DNA of 64,000 nt from positions 1 through 64,000 of the IMG/VR virus record IMGVR_UViG_3300030328_002692. One strand, 5' to 3'. This document shows positions 43,572 through 54,579 of the stretch, piece after piece (position 1 is the stretch's first letter; each line of letters opens with the position of its first letter). Below the pieces are notes generated by a model. The model ran no database searches. It saw only the letters and a list, made by a program, of their open reading frames with translations, and was not told the origin of the DNA. The position numbers and the translations under genes are program-made. Source of the stretch: a virus.

Positions 43572-46500
43572 TTATCCTTCTAGTGTCTCTATTCTTGATT
43601 TTAAATCTTGTATTACTGTGTCTTGTTCTTTAATTGCATTTACTAATAATGGTACGACTGAAGCGTAGTTCATCGAATAAGCTGAATTCCAGTTTTCTGT
43701 TCCATCATCTTCGTCCTTATGATATTTTAATGATTCCGGTATTATACTTTCTATTTCCTGTGCTATAAAACCAAACTCATAATTGTCTGCCATTGACCTA
43801 TTTTGATTAATTTCTGATTGTCTATTAATAGTTTGGAATCTTTTTCCTGTTAGTTGTTTTACTTTACTCAAAGCACTAGAAATTGTTGTAATGTTTGTTT
43901 TTCTTCTTCTATCTGACCCAGTAACATAAGACCCGTCAGTTCTTACATCAACTGAAAAGTCGGAACCAGATGTGCCTGGGTATGCATCTGAACTAGAGTT
44001 TGTTCCATGAAATCTAAACTCTCCTTGTAATGAACTACCATAATGTGAGTCATTTAATACAGATATACCTGGATAGTTGTTCCATATTCTATCAATTGCA
44101 AGACCTTGATATGGGAATAAAACAGATTTTCCGTGTTGTCCACCTCCTGCTACTCCTGTTCCTGCTTTACCAATGATTTGCATTGCTAAAGTTTCAGTTG
44201 TTGAAATACCATTTCTAACATGAAAATCTATTGAACCTTCTTCTGAATTATTTGTACCAGTTAGTGCTGTAGAACCAATACCAGCATAGAAATTATCTTG
44301 AGCACTTGCTGTATCTCCACCCAACCATTGAAGCATTCCTAGTTTATATCCACTACCAACATATCCATAAGTATTTAAGGTCATTTTAAGTTCATAGTCA
44401 GAAGGTTGGTTTGTATTTGGTCTTGTTTTTGAAATCTCATAATAAGAAACAGGATCTTCTGTATTTGGCCCATATCCAAAATTACCACTTCCGTCAATAT
44501 GCCAAATTGAATCTCCTACATTACCATGAGCAATAGCTAAAGTATCAGTACCACAGCTATAAGGATTTATAGCTAAAGTGAATGCATTTGAAAAAGAAGG
44601 TGAACTATCTGATAAAAATTCAGTATTTGTAGCACCATTTAAAAAAGCAATTCCAACTTCAGCAACATTTGGGTTTGCAATTCTTAATTGCTCCCAACTT
44701 GAATCAGAACTTATGATACCCATTCTTCCACCTTCTACTTGTAAAGTACTTTTTGGGTCGGTTGTTCCAATTCCAACTTTGCCGTCATCTTTATATGTTA
44801 TAACATCAGTTTCTGTACCACCATTTAGAACTCCTAATACAGTTTTATCTGCGTCATTACCCCTGTATTCAAAGAAAGCTCCGTGTTGGGTTCCGGCTGA
44901 ATCTTCAGTTAAAGTTAGTCTTGCTACTTCATTATCTCCTGATGTAGCAACTCTTAGTTCTGCATTTGCACCATGAAGATGAAGAATTGATTGAGGAGTA
45001 GTCGTTCCAATTCCAACATTACCGCCAAATGGATTTAAAAGTAAACTCTTTGCAGCGTCATTAGCATTATTGATTGCTTGAAATCTTACATCATTTGTTG
45101 AACCACTTGTTTTTAAATATATATCCGAAGACCTTGGTCTAATTGTAAAAGCAGAATTACTAAACTCTGATAAGTTTGCAGCGGTCCAACCATAATTTGA
45201 TTCAATATATGCTGCGTTTCCTGTGCCGGTATTGTAAACATGAAGGTCACCTGCAGGTGAACTAGTTCCAATTCCAACGTTGCCTGAAGAATCAATACGC
45301 ATTCTTTCAGTGTCGCCAGTGACAAAATATAAAGCATTTACATTCGCTGGCATACCTATTTGTGCACCAGCTTGTGTATTTCTAAATCCTATTTTTGGTG
45401 CAACACTTGAACTAGCTGTTTCTACTTCTAATAAATGGTCTGGTGAAGTTGTTCCTATACCAACGTTGCCGTTAGACATAATACGCATCTTTTCAGAGTA
45501 TCCACCTGAGCCTCTAGTATTAAATGCCATATCACCATAATGATTTGTATGGTCTATATTCTGTGCATTAATAGACACAGTTTCTCCAGCATTACCAGAC
45601 TCAAAACTTAATTTGGCATAATTATTTGCTGTGGTATTTGCATTCTGTATAGTTACTGTTGGACCAGTACTTCCAATAGAAGTTTGTGTTCCATATCCTT
45701 TAAAGTAAGCTACTCTGCCATCTGTTCCATCTGTTTGCATTCCTGTGACTTGCAAAGTAAAATTAGTTGCTCCAGGAGTTTGTTTTATTCCAACTCTTCC
45801 TGAAGCATCAATACGCATTCTTTCTGAGCCACCATTATGAAATAGAGTAAATCCTGTACTTAAAATACTTAAATAATCACCATTATGAGAATAAGCTACC
45901 TTGCCTTGAACACTACCACCTGAATCACCAAAGAATAAATTACCATCACCACTTGTTCCTGAAAGAATAGATATTCCTGAACTACCTGAACCTTCTATAA
46001 CTAATTCATCGGCATTTGCATTTACACTAGCTCCACTATCTGCTGATTTAACATGAAGTGTGCCTAGTGGTGTAGTTTCTCCTATACCAACGTTGCCACC
46101 ATCTTGCACCACTAAAGCACTAGCATTATTGCCTACAATAGTATTTGTGGAACTTCTATAAATTATATTTGCAGTATTACCTACATTATTTACTGTATTT
46201 GTATTTACTCTACTAACTTCTATATCTTTATTAAATGACCATTTATCTCCAGAACTTTTATAAAGTAGTGTGGCACTTGCTCCTGTAACTGTAAGACCAG
46301 CATCATTTGCAGCGGCTGCATCAGCTGCTCCACTTGCTATTGTAATATTTTTATCTGCTACGCTCAGAGTAGTAGAATTCACTGTTGTAGTAGTTCCATC
46401 GACTTGGAGATTTCCTGCAATGACTACTGTTCCTGTGTTATCACCTACTGTGGCTGGGTCGATAGTAAAAGAAGCTGGGCCTCTTAGAGCACCTGTTGTT

Positions 46501-46868
46501 GTTATTGTTCCAAAAGTCGGAGCTGCTGAACTCGAAAGTTGAGTAGCTGTTATTGAACCATCTGGTATAAGTGCAGATGTTATAGCATTATTAGCTATTT
46601 TAGCTGTAGTTACATTCGCATCTAGTATCTTTGCAGTTGTTACTTGATCGTCTGCAATATGTATAGTATCAATACTTCCTGATACTAGTTCTGCAGTATC
46701 TACTGAATTTGCTCCTAGTTGTGTGGAAGTTATACTTCCATCTGCTATTTGTACAGAAGTAACCTGGTTTTGTGCAATATGTACAGCCGTGATAGCGTTG
46801 TCCGCTATCAACGTACCCTGAATCGCATTTACTGCGACTAAACTATTTGTTACTTTTGTTATTGCCAT
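43572..46868 (-). CDS. Tail fibre with peptidase S74 intramolecular chaperone
   Basis: GNVGIGT repeats; GSDRRRKTNI...GFIAQE...LVNAIKE. Confidence 0.88.
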   Translation of the reverse strand: MAITKVTNSLVAVNAIQGTLIADNAITAVHIAQNQVTSVQIADGSITSTQLGANSVDTAELVSGSIDTIHIADDQVTTAKILDANVTTAKIANNAITSALIPDGSITATQLSSSAAPTFGTITTTGALRGPASFTIDPATVGDNTGTVVIAGNLQVDGTTTTVNSTTLSVADKNITIASGAADAAAANDAGLTVTGASATLLYKSSGDKWSFNKDIEVSRVNTNTVNNVGNTANIIYRSSTNTIVGNNASALVVQDGGNVGIGETTPLGTLHVKSADSGASVNANADELVIEGSGSSGISILSGTSGDGNLFFGDSGGSVQGKVAYSHNGDYLSILSTGFTLFHNGGSERMRIDASGRVGIKQTPGATNFTLQVTGMQTDGTDGRVAYFKGYGTQTSIGSTGPTVTIQNANTTANNYAKLSFESGNAGETVSINAQNIDHTNHYGDMAFNTRGSGGYSEKMRIMSNGNVGIGTTSPDHLLEVETASSSVAPKIGFRNTQAGAQIGMPANVNALYFVTGDTERMRIDSSGNVGIGTSSPAGDLHVYNTGTGNAAYIESNYGWTAANLSEFSNSAFTIRPRSSDIYLKTSGSTNDVRFQAINNANDAAKSLLLNPFGGNVGIGTTTPQSILHLHGANAELRVATSGDNEVARLTLTEDSAGTQHGAFFEYRGNDADKTVLGVLNGGTETDVITYKDDGKVGIGTTDPKSTLQVEGGRMGIISSDSSWEQLRIANPNVAEVGIAFLNGATNTEFLSDSSPSFSNAFTLAINPYSCGTDTLAIAHGNVGDSIWHIDGSGNFGYGPNTEDPVSYYEISKTRPNTNQPSDYELKMTLNTYGYVGSGYKLGMLQWLGGDTASAQDNFYAGIGSTALTGTNNSEEGSIDFHVRNGISTTETLAMQIIGKAGTGVAGGGQHGKSVLFPYQGLAIDRIWNNYPGISVLNDSHYGSSLQGEFRFHGTNSSSDAYPGTSGSDFSVDVRTDGSYVTGSDRRRKTNITTISSALSKVKQLTGKRFQTINRQSEINQNRSMADNYEFGFIAQEIESIIPESLKYHKDEDDGTENWNSAYSMNYASVVPLLVNAIKEQDTVIQDLKSRIETLEG

Positions 46869-46874
46869 ATTATC

Positions 46875-47066
46875 TTAATCCGTATATGCGTGATTTTGAT
46901 TTGAGTGTTTTTCCCATTTATCACTGCTATTATATATTAATTTTAATGAGTCTCCTGCTATTATATTTGCTTTTCCTGGTGGAAACCAACATATATCTCC
47001 TGTTTTAGCTTCAGGTGTCCAAAATTCATCTGAATTTACAAATGTTAAAATTTCTGCTTCTGTCAT
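46875..47066 (-). CDS. Small protein downstream of a tail fibre
   Basis: AAGGA SD; tight packing. Confidence 0.65.
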   Translation of the reverse strand: MTEAEILTFVNSDEFWTPEAKTGDICWFPPGKANIIAGDSLKLIYNSSDKWEKHSNQNHAYTD

Positions 47067-47078
47067 AATTATTCCTTA

Positions 47079-49736
47079 TTATATTGCGCTAGCATTACTT
47101 GATGTTTCTGATTGTATGCTAGTATCTATTTTATTATATTGACTATACTGTACAAAGTCTATTGTGTACATATGATATGCCGATTGCTTTATTCTTAAAG
47201 TTACCCAACCATCACTTGAAATATACACTGCGGCATCTCCAGTCCAACTTCCTAAGTCATCAATAGTGTCATTATGTAATCCACCGCTCCAATTATGGAA
47301 TTGGTGAATCTTATACATATTAGAACCACTTGCATATCTATAGCCTTTTATAATGAATCCACCCATTATATATTCTGTATTACCGTGTGGAGAGCCTCCT
47401 CCCCACATATTTGTTTTGAGATGATACCAACTGCTTCCATTACCTGATATTTTTGGGCCCCACCAATTATGTATATATCGACCTTGATACCCTGAGGCAA
47501 CAGGTCCTTGTACTTGCATAAATTCTCCAGACCTTAACCATGCATTACCACTGTCTGATGATTCTTTACCAACATAAAAGGTTTGGTAATGCGTACCAGC
47601 TGATCCACCGTCTGCTATCCAAAAAGTTTCATTGCCAGAATTATCTTTAGTCTGGAATGATAAGGTATCTCCACCGCCCAGTCCTTTAACTGTTAATGCG
47701 GCAGAGGGTGAGTTTTCTCTTATTCCTACTTTTCCTGCATCTAAAAATCTAGTCATCAATGCTGAATCTGTTTCATTATAAAAATAAAATCCAGTTGTAT
47801 CATGTTCTAATGAGAAGCTCTTTCCGCCTGTTCTATGCCACCTGTATTTCTTATCAGCTCCTACATTATTAACACTAAGGGTTCCATTAAATGTGGCTGC
47901 ACCTCCTTCTGACATATCAATTCTTAATGCTTCAACAGAAGAACCACCATCATCTCCTGCAAATACTATGTCTTTATCTTGTGTTGGATTGTTAAAGTAA
48001 AAATCTCCACCTGATACATAAGTTTTACCAAAAATACTACCAGAACTATGAAAATGTATTTCTGCATTACCAGCATCAAGAATAATTGTACTAGAAGAAT
48101 CCAAATTTAAGTAACCATTATCAGCTTTAATAACAGCATTAGTACCGTCTGAATAAAGTGCTAAGTCACTACCGGCTCCAAATACTGCTCTATTAGTATC
48201 TCCAAACTTAGCCCAACTATTAAATATAGCTGTGCCTGAATCTGACATATCCAATGTAAGGGCTGTAATAGCACTACCACCATCATCGCCATGAAATGTA
48301 ATATCTCCATCTTGAATAGAAGCCATAAGTTGAATATTGTTGCCATTCTTTCTTATAGAGCCAAACTGTGTTCCACCGTCTTTAAATAAAACATCTTGTC
48401 CGTCTGCATCAAGAGTAATATCTCCAGTTGCATCTAGCTCTATTGCTCCAACTGCTTCTAGTGTTAGTTTGTTTCTTTTGTTACCAAGAGCTACTTCGGA
48501 ACCATTATGTTCTATATAGAACTGTTCTGAATCAGGATTAGTATTAGCATTATAGGTAGCAATTAATGAAGTACCATCTTCTGTTGCGGAAGTAACCTGA
48601 AATAAACGAGTTGGGGAAGCTCCTATACCAACTTTACTATTAAAAGTAGCTGCTCCAGCTGCTGACATATCAAACTCAACAGCAGTAATTGTTGAACCAC
48701 CATCGTTTCCTCTAATTAATATATCTTTATCTTGTACAGTAGATTCAATAAATAAATGACTTGAAGAATTTTTAATTACTCCGATAGCTGTTCCACCATC
48801 GTTAAACCATATATCTCCACCATCTGCATCAAGGACAATATCTCCTGCTACATCTAAAGTAAGATCTCCTACAGTTTGATTAAGAGTCATTGCAGAACCT
48901 GTATGGTATAAAGATGCGTCCCCACCTGAACCAAACACTATTTGACCATTATCAACTAATCTTATGTCATGGTTAAAATAAGCTGTTCCTGCATCTGACA
49001 TATCAAGGGTAAGAGCAGTGATTACTGAACCACCATCGTTACCTTTAAATATTATATCTTTATCAGATAGTAGAGACCTAATGTTAAAGTTATCATCTCC
49101 AACCTGTATTTCCCCAACAGATGTTCCTGACCTTTTATAGATTACATCACTACCTGCAGCATCAAGAATAATATCTCCTGCTACATCAAGAGTTAAGTCA
49201 CCTGTATTATTAGTAATTTGACCAGCTGAACCTGTATGTAAGACTCTTAAATCTAAATCTGCACCTATAAATATAGTTGCATTATCTGTTGCCATAGACA
49301 AATTGCCAGTTGCTGTAACAGTTCCAACATTAACAGCGTTAGAACCAGAACCTATTGGTCCTGTATGTGTACCCGCAAGTATAGAACTTACTGGAATTTT
49401 CTTTAGCGCATTTGAATCACTAATATCTGCAACCATAAGTAAGTCACCTGTAGCTGCCGTTACTTCTGTTAGTGATGTAATAACTGTTATGTCTAGGTGT
49501 TCTTCAGATATAGCATCATCAGCTATTTTAGCTGCTGTAACTGCGTCTGCTCCTAATTGGGAAGTTGTGACTTGACCGTCACCAATATGTTTAGTAAGAA
49601 TACTATTTTGTGCTATCCTGTTGGATGTAACTGCATTATTTGCAATATCTGCAGTCGCAATTCCGCCATCACTTATATGTGCTGATGTTACTGCGTCATC
49701 TTTTACAAGACTGCTTGATACTTTAGTTAGTGCCAT
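47079..49736 (-). CDS. Tail fibre-like protein with internal repeats
   Basis: Repeated DIxLDAxG...DKDIxFxGxDGGS.ITA..LDMS modules. Confidence 0.8.
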   Translation of the reverse strand: MALTKVSSSLVKDDAVTSAHISDGGIATADIANNAVTSNRIAQNSILTKHIGDGQVTTSQLGADAVTAAKIADDAISEEHLDITVITSLTEVTAATGDLLMVADISDSNALKKIPVSSILAGTHTGPIGSGSNAVNVGTVTATGNLSMATDNATIFIGADLDLRVLHTGSAGQITNNTGDLTLDVAGDIILDAAGSDVIYKRSGTSVGEIQVGDDNFNIRSLLSDKDIIFKGNDGGSVITALTLDMSDAGTAYFNHDIRLVDNGQIVFGSGGDASLYHTGSAMTLNQTVGDLTLDVAGDIVLDADGGDIWFNDGGTAIGVIKNSSSHLFIESTVQDKDILIRGNDGGSTITAVEFDMSAAGAATFNSKVGIGASPTRLFQVTSATEDGTSLIATYNANTNPDSEQFYIEHNGSEVALGNKRNKLTLEAVGAIELDATGDITLDADGQDVLFKDGGTQFGSIRKNGNNIQLMASIQDGDITFHGDDGGSAITALTLDMSDSGTAIFNSWAKFGDTNRAVFGAGSDLALYSDGTNAVIKADNGYLNLDSSSTIILDAGNAEIHFHSSGSIFGKTYVSGGDFYFNNPTQDKDIVFAGDDGGSSVEALRIDMSEGGAATFNGTLSVNNVGADKKYRWHRTGGKSFSLEHDTTGFYFYNETDSALMTRFLDAGKVGIRENSPSAALTVKGLGGGDTLSFQTKDNSGNETFWIADGGSAGTHYQTFYVGKESSDSGNAWLRSGEFMQVQGPVASGYQGRYIHNWWGPKISGNGSSWYHLKTNMWGGGSPHGNTEYIMGGFIIKGYRYASGSNMYKIHQFHNWSGGLHNDTIDDLGSWTGDAAVYISSDGWVTLRIKQSAYHMYTIDFVQYSQYNKIDTSIQSETSSNASAI

Positions 49737-49738
49737 AA

Positions 49739-52321
49739 TTAACTTACTATGGTTCTATCTGTACTTCTTCTCCAGTTAGTGCCATCGCTAAACGCTAATA
49801 CTGCACCGCCTGTTTCATCTGTTACAAATATAACTCCGCCTGCGACAGCAGTTGGCAATGAAGCAACTGCATAGCTTTTAACTTTTAATACATCAGGCAT
49901 ATCCAACCTAGCTGATGCTAATTTAGCTGAAGTAATACTTGCGTCTGTTGGAACATTTACACTTGTCTGTGTAAATATCATTACTTCTACTGTTGATGTT
50001 GAGGGTGGTGCTTCTGAGAAAGTTATTGTAGTACCTGAAGTACTATAACTTCCTTTCTGCTGATATACACCATCTATAAATACTTGTGTATTATTTTCTG
50101 TAATTGGGGCTAATGATAAAGTAAATGCTACTCTACTTCCATTAACGTTGTTCGGGCTTGACGTTGAACTTGTATAAGTATCAATATTAGTATTTCCACC
50201 AGAAATTAATGCTTTAATATGATGAACTACAATTGTTCTTCCGTTTGCTGGTGCTGTATCAAAGGTTAATCTTGCACTATTTAGTACATAGTCATTTTTA
50301 TTTTGATATACACCTTCTATAAATACCATTAAATTATCTTCGCTATTCGGTATTTGACTTAAATCTACATAGGCTTGAGACCCATCACCTGTGAAAGTTT
50401 GAGTGGTAAAGTTTGACTCTCCACCGCCAATTCCTCCCCAGCTACCAGAGTATCCCTCAAATAAATTATTATCAGTATTAAATCGAATCATTCCAACAGC
50501 CGCACTTCCAGGTCTTTGAGCGGTTGTCCCATCAGGCACTCTTATAGACCCAGTACCACTGAGTACTATATCGTCAGCAATTTGATCTCCTGTGATTTGA
50601 TTATCGTCAATATGTCTAGTTAAAATTGAGTTTGATGCAATTTTTGTTCCATCTACGGCATTATCTGCAATGTTTGAAGTTGCAATAGTATTAGCCGCTA
50701 TTTTTGCTGATGTAACTGAAGCGTTTACTATAGAAGCTGTGACTACTGAGCTAGCTGCTAGTTCGTCGGCTCCTACTGCGTCATCTGCTAAGTGTTCGTT
50801 TAATATGCTACCGTTTGGTATTTTTGCTGCTGTTACTGAGTTAGCTGCTATTAGTCCTGAAGTGATTGCTCCAGTTGCTATCATGCCTGTCTCTACTGCT
50901 TGTGAAGCTATAGTCATAGCACCTGTTGATGCTAGTGTTACATCTCCTGATATTACTTTGTTATCCCAACTGTTAGAGCCATCATAAATCATTAAGTGAC
51001 CTGCAGCTGGAGAAGATACTACTGTGTCTGTCAAAGCTGCTAAAGTTGATACAACACCTGTTAAGTTTGAGCCATCTCCATAAAATGCTCCACCATGAAT
51101 ATCTGCATAAGAACTAACAGTTACATTGCCTGCTGTTGTTCCATCTTCTGTTGTATTGATTGCTGACCATCTGTCTGCACTTTCGTCCCATATCCAACCT
51201 ACGTTGGCTGAGGTTCCTCTTTCGACTATTATACCTGAGTCTTTACTAGGTGTTCCTGTTTCTCCAGAGGAGTATACTGCTAGCGGGTCTGCAACTTTTA
51301 TATTTGTTGTATTTACAGTTGTAGTTGTTCCTGAAACAGTTAAGTTACCTTGAACTACTAAATTTCCTGAGATTGTTGGACTTGCATCTAAAGCGATACT
51401 TACTTGGTTGTTTGTAACTGTTGAAGTTAGGTTTGAGCCACCAGCTATTGTAAAAGTATCTGTACCTACAGTTAGTGTATCGTTAGAGCCTGAGTCTGCT
51501 CCTATAGTAAGAATACTACTTGTAGCTGCTGTTGAAGCTGCTGTAATTCTTCCATCTGCGTCTACTGTTAATACAGGTATTGCTGAACTTGACCCATATG
51601 AACCAGCTGTTACTGCAGTTGCGGTTAATTGAGTTGCTCCAATAGAGCCATCAGCTATTTTTGCTGAAGTTACAGAGTTATCTGCTAGTTTGGAAGTTAC
51701 TACTGCTCCAGTTGCTATTTTATCTGCAGTTACTGCATCATCAGCTACTGCTGAAGCTGTACCAGTTAAATTACCTGTAACATTACCTGTTAGTGTTGCT
51801 ACTAGAGTTCCTGTAACTGTTGCTCCTGTGTTTGTTGTTTCAAACTTTTTAGAATCATTAAAGTAAAGACTTACTGCTCCATCATCAACGAAAGTAGCCA
51901 TAGTTTCACCAGTTCCTAGTATATCTACTTGACTTCCTTTTATTTTTAAGTTTCCTGTTCCTGAATCTTCTACATAAGAATCCGAACCGTCATGATATAG
52001 TAGTAAATCTTGAGAAGTACCTAACTTAATTTGTGCATTATCATTAAATAATACATGACTTGTTAGAGTTGCTATTTGGTCAGCTGTTACAGCGTCATCT
52101 TGTATTTGAAGACTTCTTACTGCATCAGTTTTTATTTCTGAGGCATCTATTGCATTTGCTGCTACTAGTGCGCTTGTTACTGAATTTGCTGCTAATAAAG
52201 AAGTAGTTACAGCTCCTGTAGCTATTTCTCTTGCTGTGATGTTGTTTTCTGCGATTAAGTTTGATGTGATAGCATTTATCGCTGGAAAAGTATCTACTGG
52301 TTTCTTACCTATATATGCCAT
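49739..52321 (-). CDS. Virion fibre/adaptor protein
   Basis: AKIA repeats, GTTAQRP...GMIRFN, two VFIxGVYQ domains. Confidence 0.75.
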   Translation of the reverse strand: MAYIGKKPVDTFPAINAITSNLIAENNITAREIATGAVTTSLLAANSVTSALVAANAIDASEIKTDAVRSLQIQDDAVTADQIATLTSHVLFNDNAQIKLGTSQDLLLYHDGSDSYVEDSGTGNLKIKGSQVDILGTGETMATFVDDGAVSLYFNDSKKFETTNTGATVTGTLVATLTGNVTGNLTGTASAVADDAVTADKIATGAVVTSKLADNSVTSAKIADGSIGATQLTATAVTAGSYGSSSAIPVLTVDADGRITAASTAATSSILTIGADSGSNDTLTVGTDTFTIAGGSNLTSTVTNNQVSIALDASPTISGNLVVQGNLTVSGTTTTVNTTNIKVADPLAVYSSGETGTPSKDSGIIVERGTSANVGWIWDESADRWSAINTTEDGTTAGNVTVSSYADIHGGAFYGDGSNLTGVVSTLAALTDTVVSSPAAGHLMIYDGSNSWDNKVISGDVTLASTGAMTIASQAVETGMIATGAITSGLIAANSVTAAKIPNGSILNEHLADDAVGADELAASSVVTASIVNASVTSAKIAANTIATSNIADNAVDGTKIASNSILTRHIDDNQITGDQIADDIVLSGTGSIRVPDGTTAQRPGSAAVGMIRFNTDNNLFEGYSGSWGGIGGGESNFTTQTFTGDGSQAYVDLSQIPNSEDNLMVFIEGVYQNKNDYVLNSARLTFDTAPANGRTIVVHHIKALISGGNTNIDTYTSSTSSPNNVNGSRVAFTLSLAPITENNTQVFIDGVYQQKGSYSTSGTTITFSEAPPSTSTVEVMIFTQTSVNVPTDASITSAKLASARLDMPDVLKVKSYAVASLPTAVAGGVIFVTDETGGAVLAFSDGTNWRRSTDRTIVS

Positions 52322-52656
52322 TATGTTTGCTCCATTACTGATACGATAGTGTCTACCGATGCTGCTGTGTTTGAGACTACTTTTATTTTATCTCCTGTTT
52401 CTAATACGAGTTTTTGGTCTCCACCTACAGCCACTAATGCGCCTCCAGTATATATCTGGGCGTCTTTTACTATGTTAAAATTATTATTTGCGGAAGAATC
52501 GTAGAATTTTATAGTTACAAGTATAGGACTAGTACTTGACACATTTGCGCAAGTCAATCCGATTACTGTAGCCGTAACTCCACTTCCTGCTGTATAAGCG
52601 TCCGTTAAAGTTGTGCCTGTAGCTGCGATAGCAGCGTTTTTAAAAGTATTTGCCAT
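52321..52656 (-). CDS. Small virion structural protein
   Basis: MANTFKN...KLVLETGDKI; in the fibre operon. Confidence 0.7.
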   Translation of the reverse strand: MANTFKNAAIAATGTTLTDAYTAGSGVTATVIGLTCANVSSTSPILVTIKFYDSSANNNFNIVKDAQIYTGGALVAVGGDQKLVLETGDKIKVVSNTAASVDTIVSVMEQT

Positions 52657-52660
52657 TGTT

Positions 52661-52852
52661 TTATCCTAGTGCTATTGCGAGTGCTATTGCATCGTCTTCA
52701 GAAGCGTCTATTGGTTTTATAGTATTATCTGTTTGTCTAATATATAATTTTCCATCTACTGCGCTAATACATACTTCTCCTATTGCTATGTCATCTACAC
52801 CTGGTGCAGTAGTATTAGTGACGTTTCTTTTTAATTTAATTTGTTGTGTCAT
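52661..52852 (-). CDS. Small fibre-associated protein
   Basis: IKLKR...GE...DGKLYI domain; AIALAIALG end. Confidence 0.7.
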   Translation of the reverse strand: MTQQIKLKRNVTNTTAPGVDDIAIGEVCISAVDGKLYIRQTDNTIKPIDASEDDAIALAIALG

Positions 52853-54168
52853 TAGCTATATGTTCCACCGTCTATGTTCTGCATTTGAAAACCAGACCCT
52901 GTTGAGACCATTATTTGACCTGTAGAACCATGAGAAGTCATACCTGTTCCACCATATTGTGTACCTACTGCAGTACCATTCCAAGTACCGCTTCCTATTG
53001 TTCCAACCACTGTCAGATTAGTTAAACTATCTATTGCTGCTTCAAGTGTTGCTTCTGTTGTATTATCTATAACATCAATATTTTGTAGTGTTAAAGTACC
53101 TGAACTATCTGAGAAAGGAACTGAAGAACCAACAGTTAAACCTGTATTTCCTGTTTCAAGATTTGCTTTTAATGTACCAATACTTCCACTAAACACATTT
53201 GAAGTATCAGTAGCGTCTGGAATAAATGCAAATTTATTATCAGATTCATCAAATCCCATAAATGCAAATTTAGTTGCTCCACCTGCATTATATTTAAGTT
53301 TTAAACCTCTATCTAAATTATCATCACTAGAATCATCTCCTAGTTCAAAAATTGGGTCTTTGATTGAAACTGTTGTTGAATTTACAGTAGTAGTTGTACC
53401 ACTTACTGTTAAATTACCTGTAACTGTTAAGTTATCACTAACTGTTACTTCTGATGTGGTATGACCAATTGTTACTGGTATGCCTGATGTTGCTGTAGCT
53501 ACTTTAACACCATTTGTACTATCTGAAGTATCTATTGTAACAGCACCACTTGCATCAACGTCCATAGTAGTAGCATTTAAATCTACTGCCCCGTCTACTG
53601 TTAGTGAGCCGTCAATATCAGTATTATCTAAGTTTGCAACTCCATCAACATCAATATTACCTGATACGTCTAGAGTTGCTGCATCTAGCTCACCTGTTAA
53701 AGTAATATTTCTAAAACCTGTTACGTCTTTGTTAGAATCTACAATTACAGCTTTACTTGCAACTACTGTGCCTACTGTAGAACCGTCTAGTAGATTTAAT
53801 TCTGTTGCTGTAGAAGTTACTCCGTCTAATATATTTAGTTCTGCTGCTGTTGATGTTACAAGTGTATCTGAGCCACTTGTTCCTATGTATAATGCTGCTG
53901 TTCTTAACTCTGAAGTCGACTTATTTGCGTCTACAATTAATGCCGAACTTGCTGTAGTTGTACCATGAGCATGATCCATTAGATTGCTGAAGTAATTACC
54001 GCCTATTACTGTTACAGCGTTTGAGTTTGCAGGGTCACCAATAAATAGCCTTTGTCCCATGTTGGACTGTGTACCAGCCCCACCTGAAAACGCTAATTCT
54101 CCCGCATTTAAAGAACTGGGTGCGGTACTACCTGTCGTTCTTTTAATTTTAATTATGTTTGTTGCCAT
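52852..54168 (-). CDS. Tail fibre proximal/adaptor protein
   Basis: IKIKR...LNAGELAF N-domain; STAAELNILDG repeats; GNLTVSGTTTTVNS. Confidence 0.75.
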   Translation of the reverse strand: MATNIIKIKRTTGSTAPSSLNAGELAFSGGAGTQSNMGQRLFIGDPANSNAVTVIGGNYFSNLMDHAHGTTTASSALIVDANKSTSELRTAALYIGTSGSDTLVTSTAAELNILDGVTSTATELNLLDGSTVGTVVASKAVIVDSNKDVTGFRNITLTGELDAATLDVSGNIDVDGVANLDNTDIDGSLTVDGAVDLNATTMDVDASGAVTIDTSDSTNGVKVATATSGIPVTIGHTTSEVTVSDNLTVTGNLTVSGTTTTVNSTTVSIKDPIFELGDDSSDDNLDRGLKLKYNAGGATKFAFMGFDESDNKFAFIPDATDTSNVFSGSIGTLKANLETGNTGLTVGSSVPFSDSSGTLTLQNIDVIDNTTEATLEAAIDSLTNLTVVGTIGSGTWNGTAVGTQYGGTGMTSHGSTGQIMVSTGSGFQMQNIDGGTYS

Positions 54169-54177
54169 TTTATTTTC

Positions 54178-54579
54178 CTAGAATGAGCCACCGTCTAAGG
54201 TAAAGCTCGTAGGGGAAGATCCCCCTGCTGAGGCAATTGTATGCCATTCATATCCACCTGAAACTTGTCTATATACTAATAATTCTTCACTTGAAGTATT
54301 ATACCATAAATCTCCTTCTGCTAAGTTACTGCCTGAAGGAGTTGCAGATTGTCTAAAAAATTGGTCTGCTAAGTCTGCTAGTGCGTCCTGCACATTACCA
54401 CCAGGTAATGAGCCGTGTTGTGTGTAAGTTACATCAGCTGCTAATCCTAAAGCTGTTATCAAGTCTGTACTTGTTGTAACTGTAATAGGATTATCACTCT
54501 GATTAAGAGTTACTTCCGTATTAGTCTCATTAACTGTTACATAAGTTGGAGTTTCTGTTACAGTTACTTGAATCGACAT
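54178..54579 (-). CDS. Virion structural protein
   Basis: NVQDAL, EGDLWY, LDGGSF end. Confidence 0.7.
   Translation of the reverse strand: MSIQVTVTETPTYVTVNETNTEVTLNQSDNPITVTTSTDLITALGLAADVTYTQHGSLPGGNVQDALADLADQFFRQSATPSGSNLAEGDLWYNTSSEELLVYRQVSGGYEWHTIASAGGSSPTSFTLDGGSF

Noticed and set aside
37913-49736. Diversity-generating retroelement acting on the fibres
   Set aside because: No reverse transcriptase and no adenine-specific TR/VR pair seen in the window
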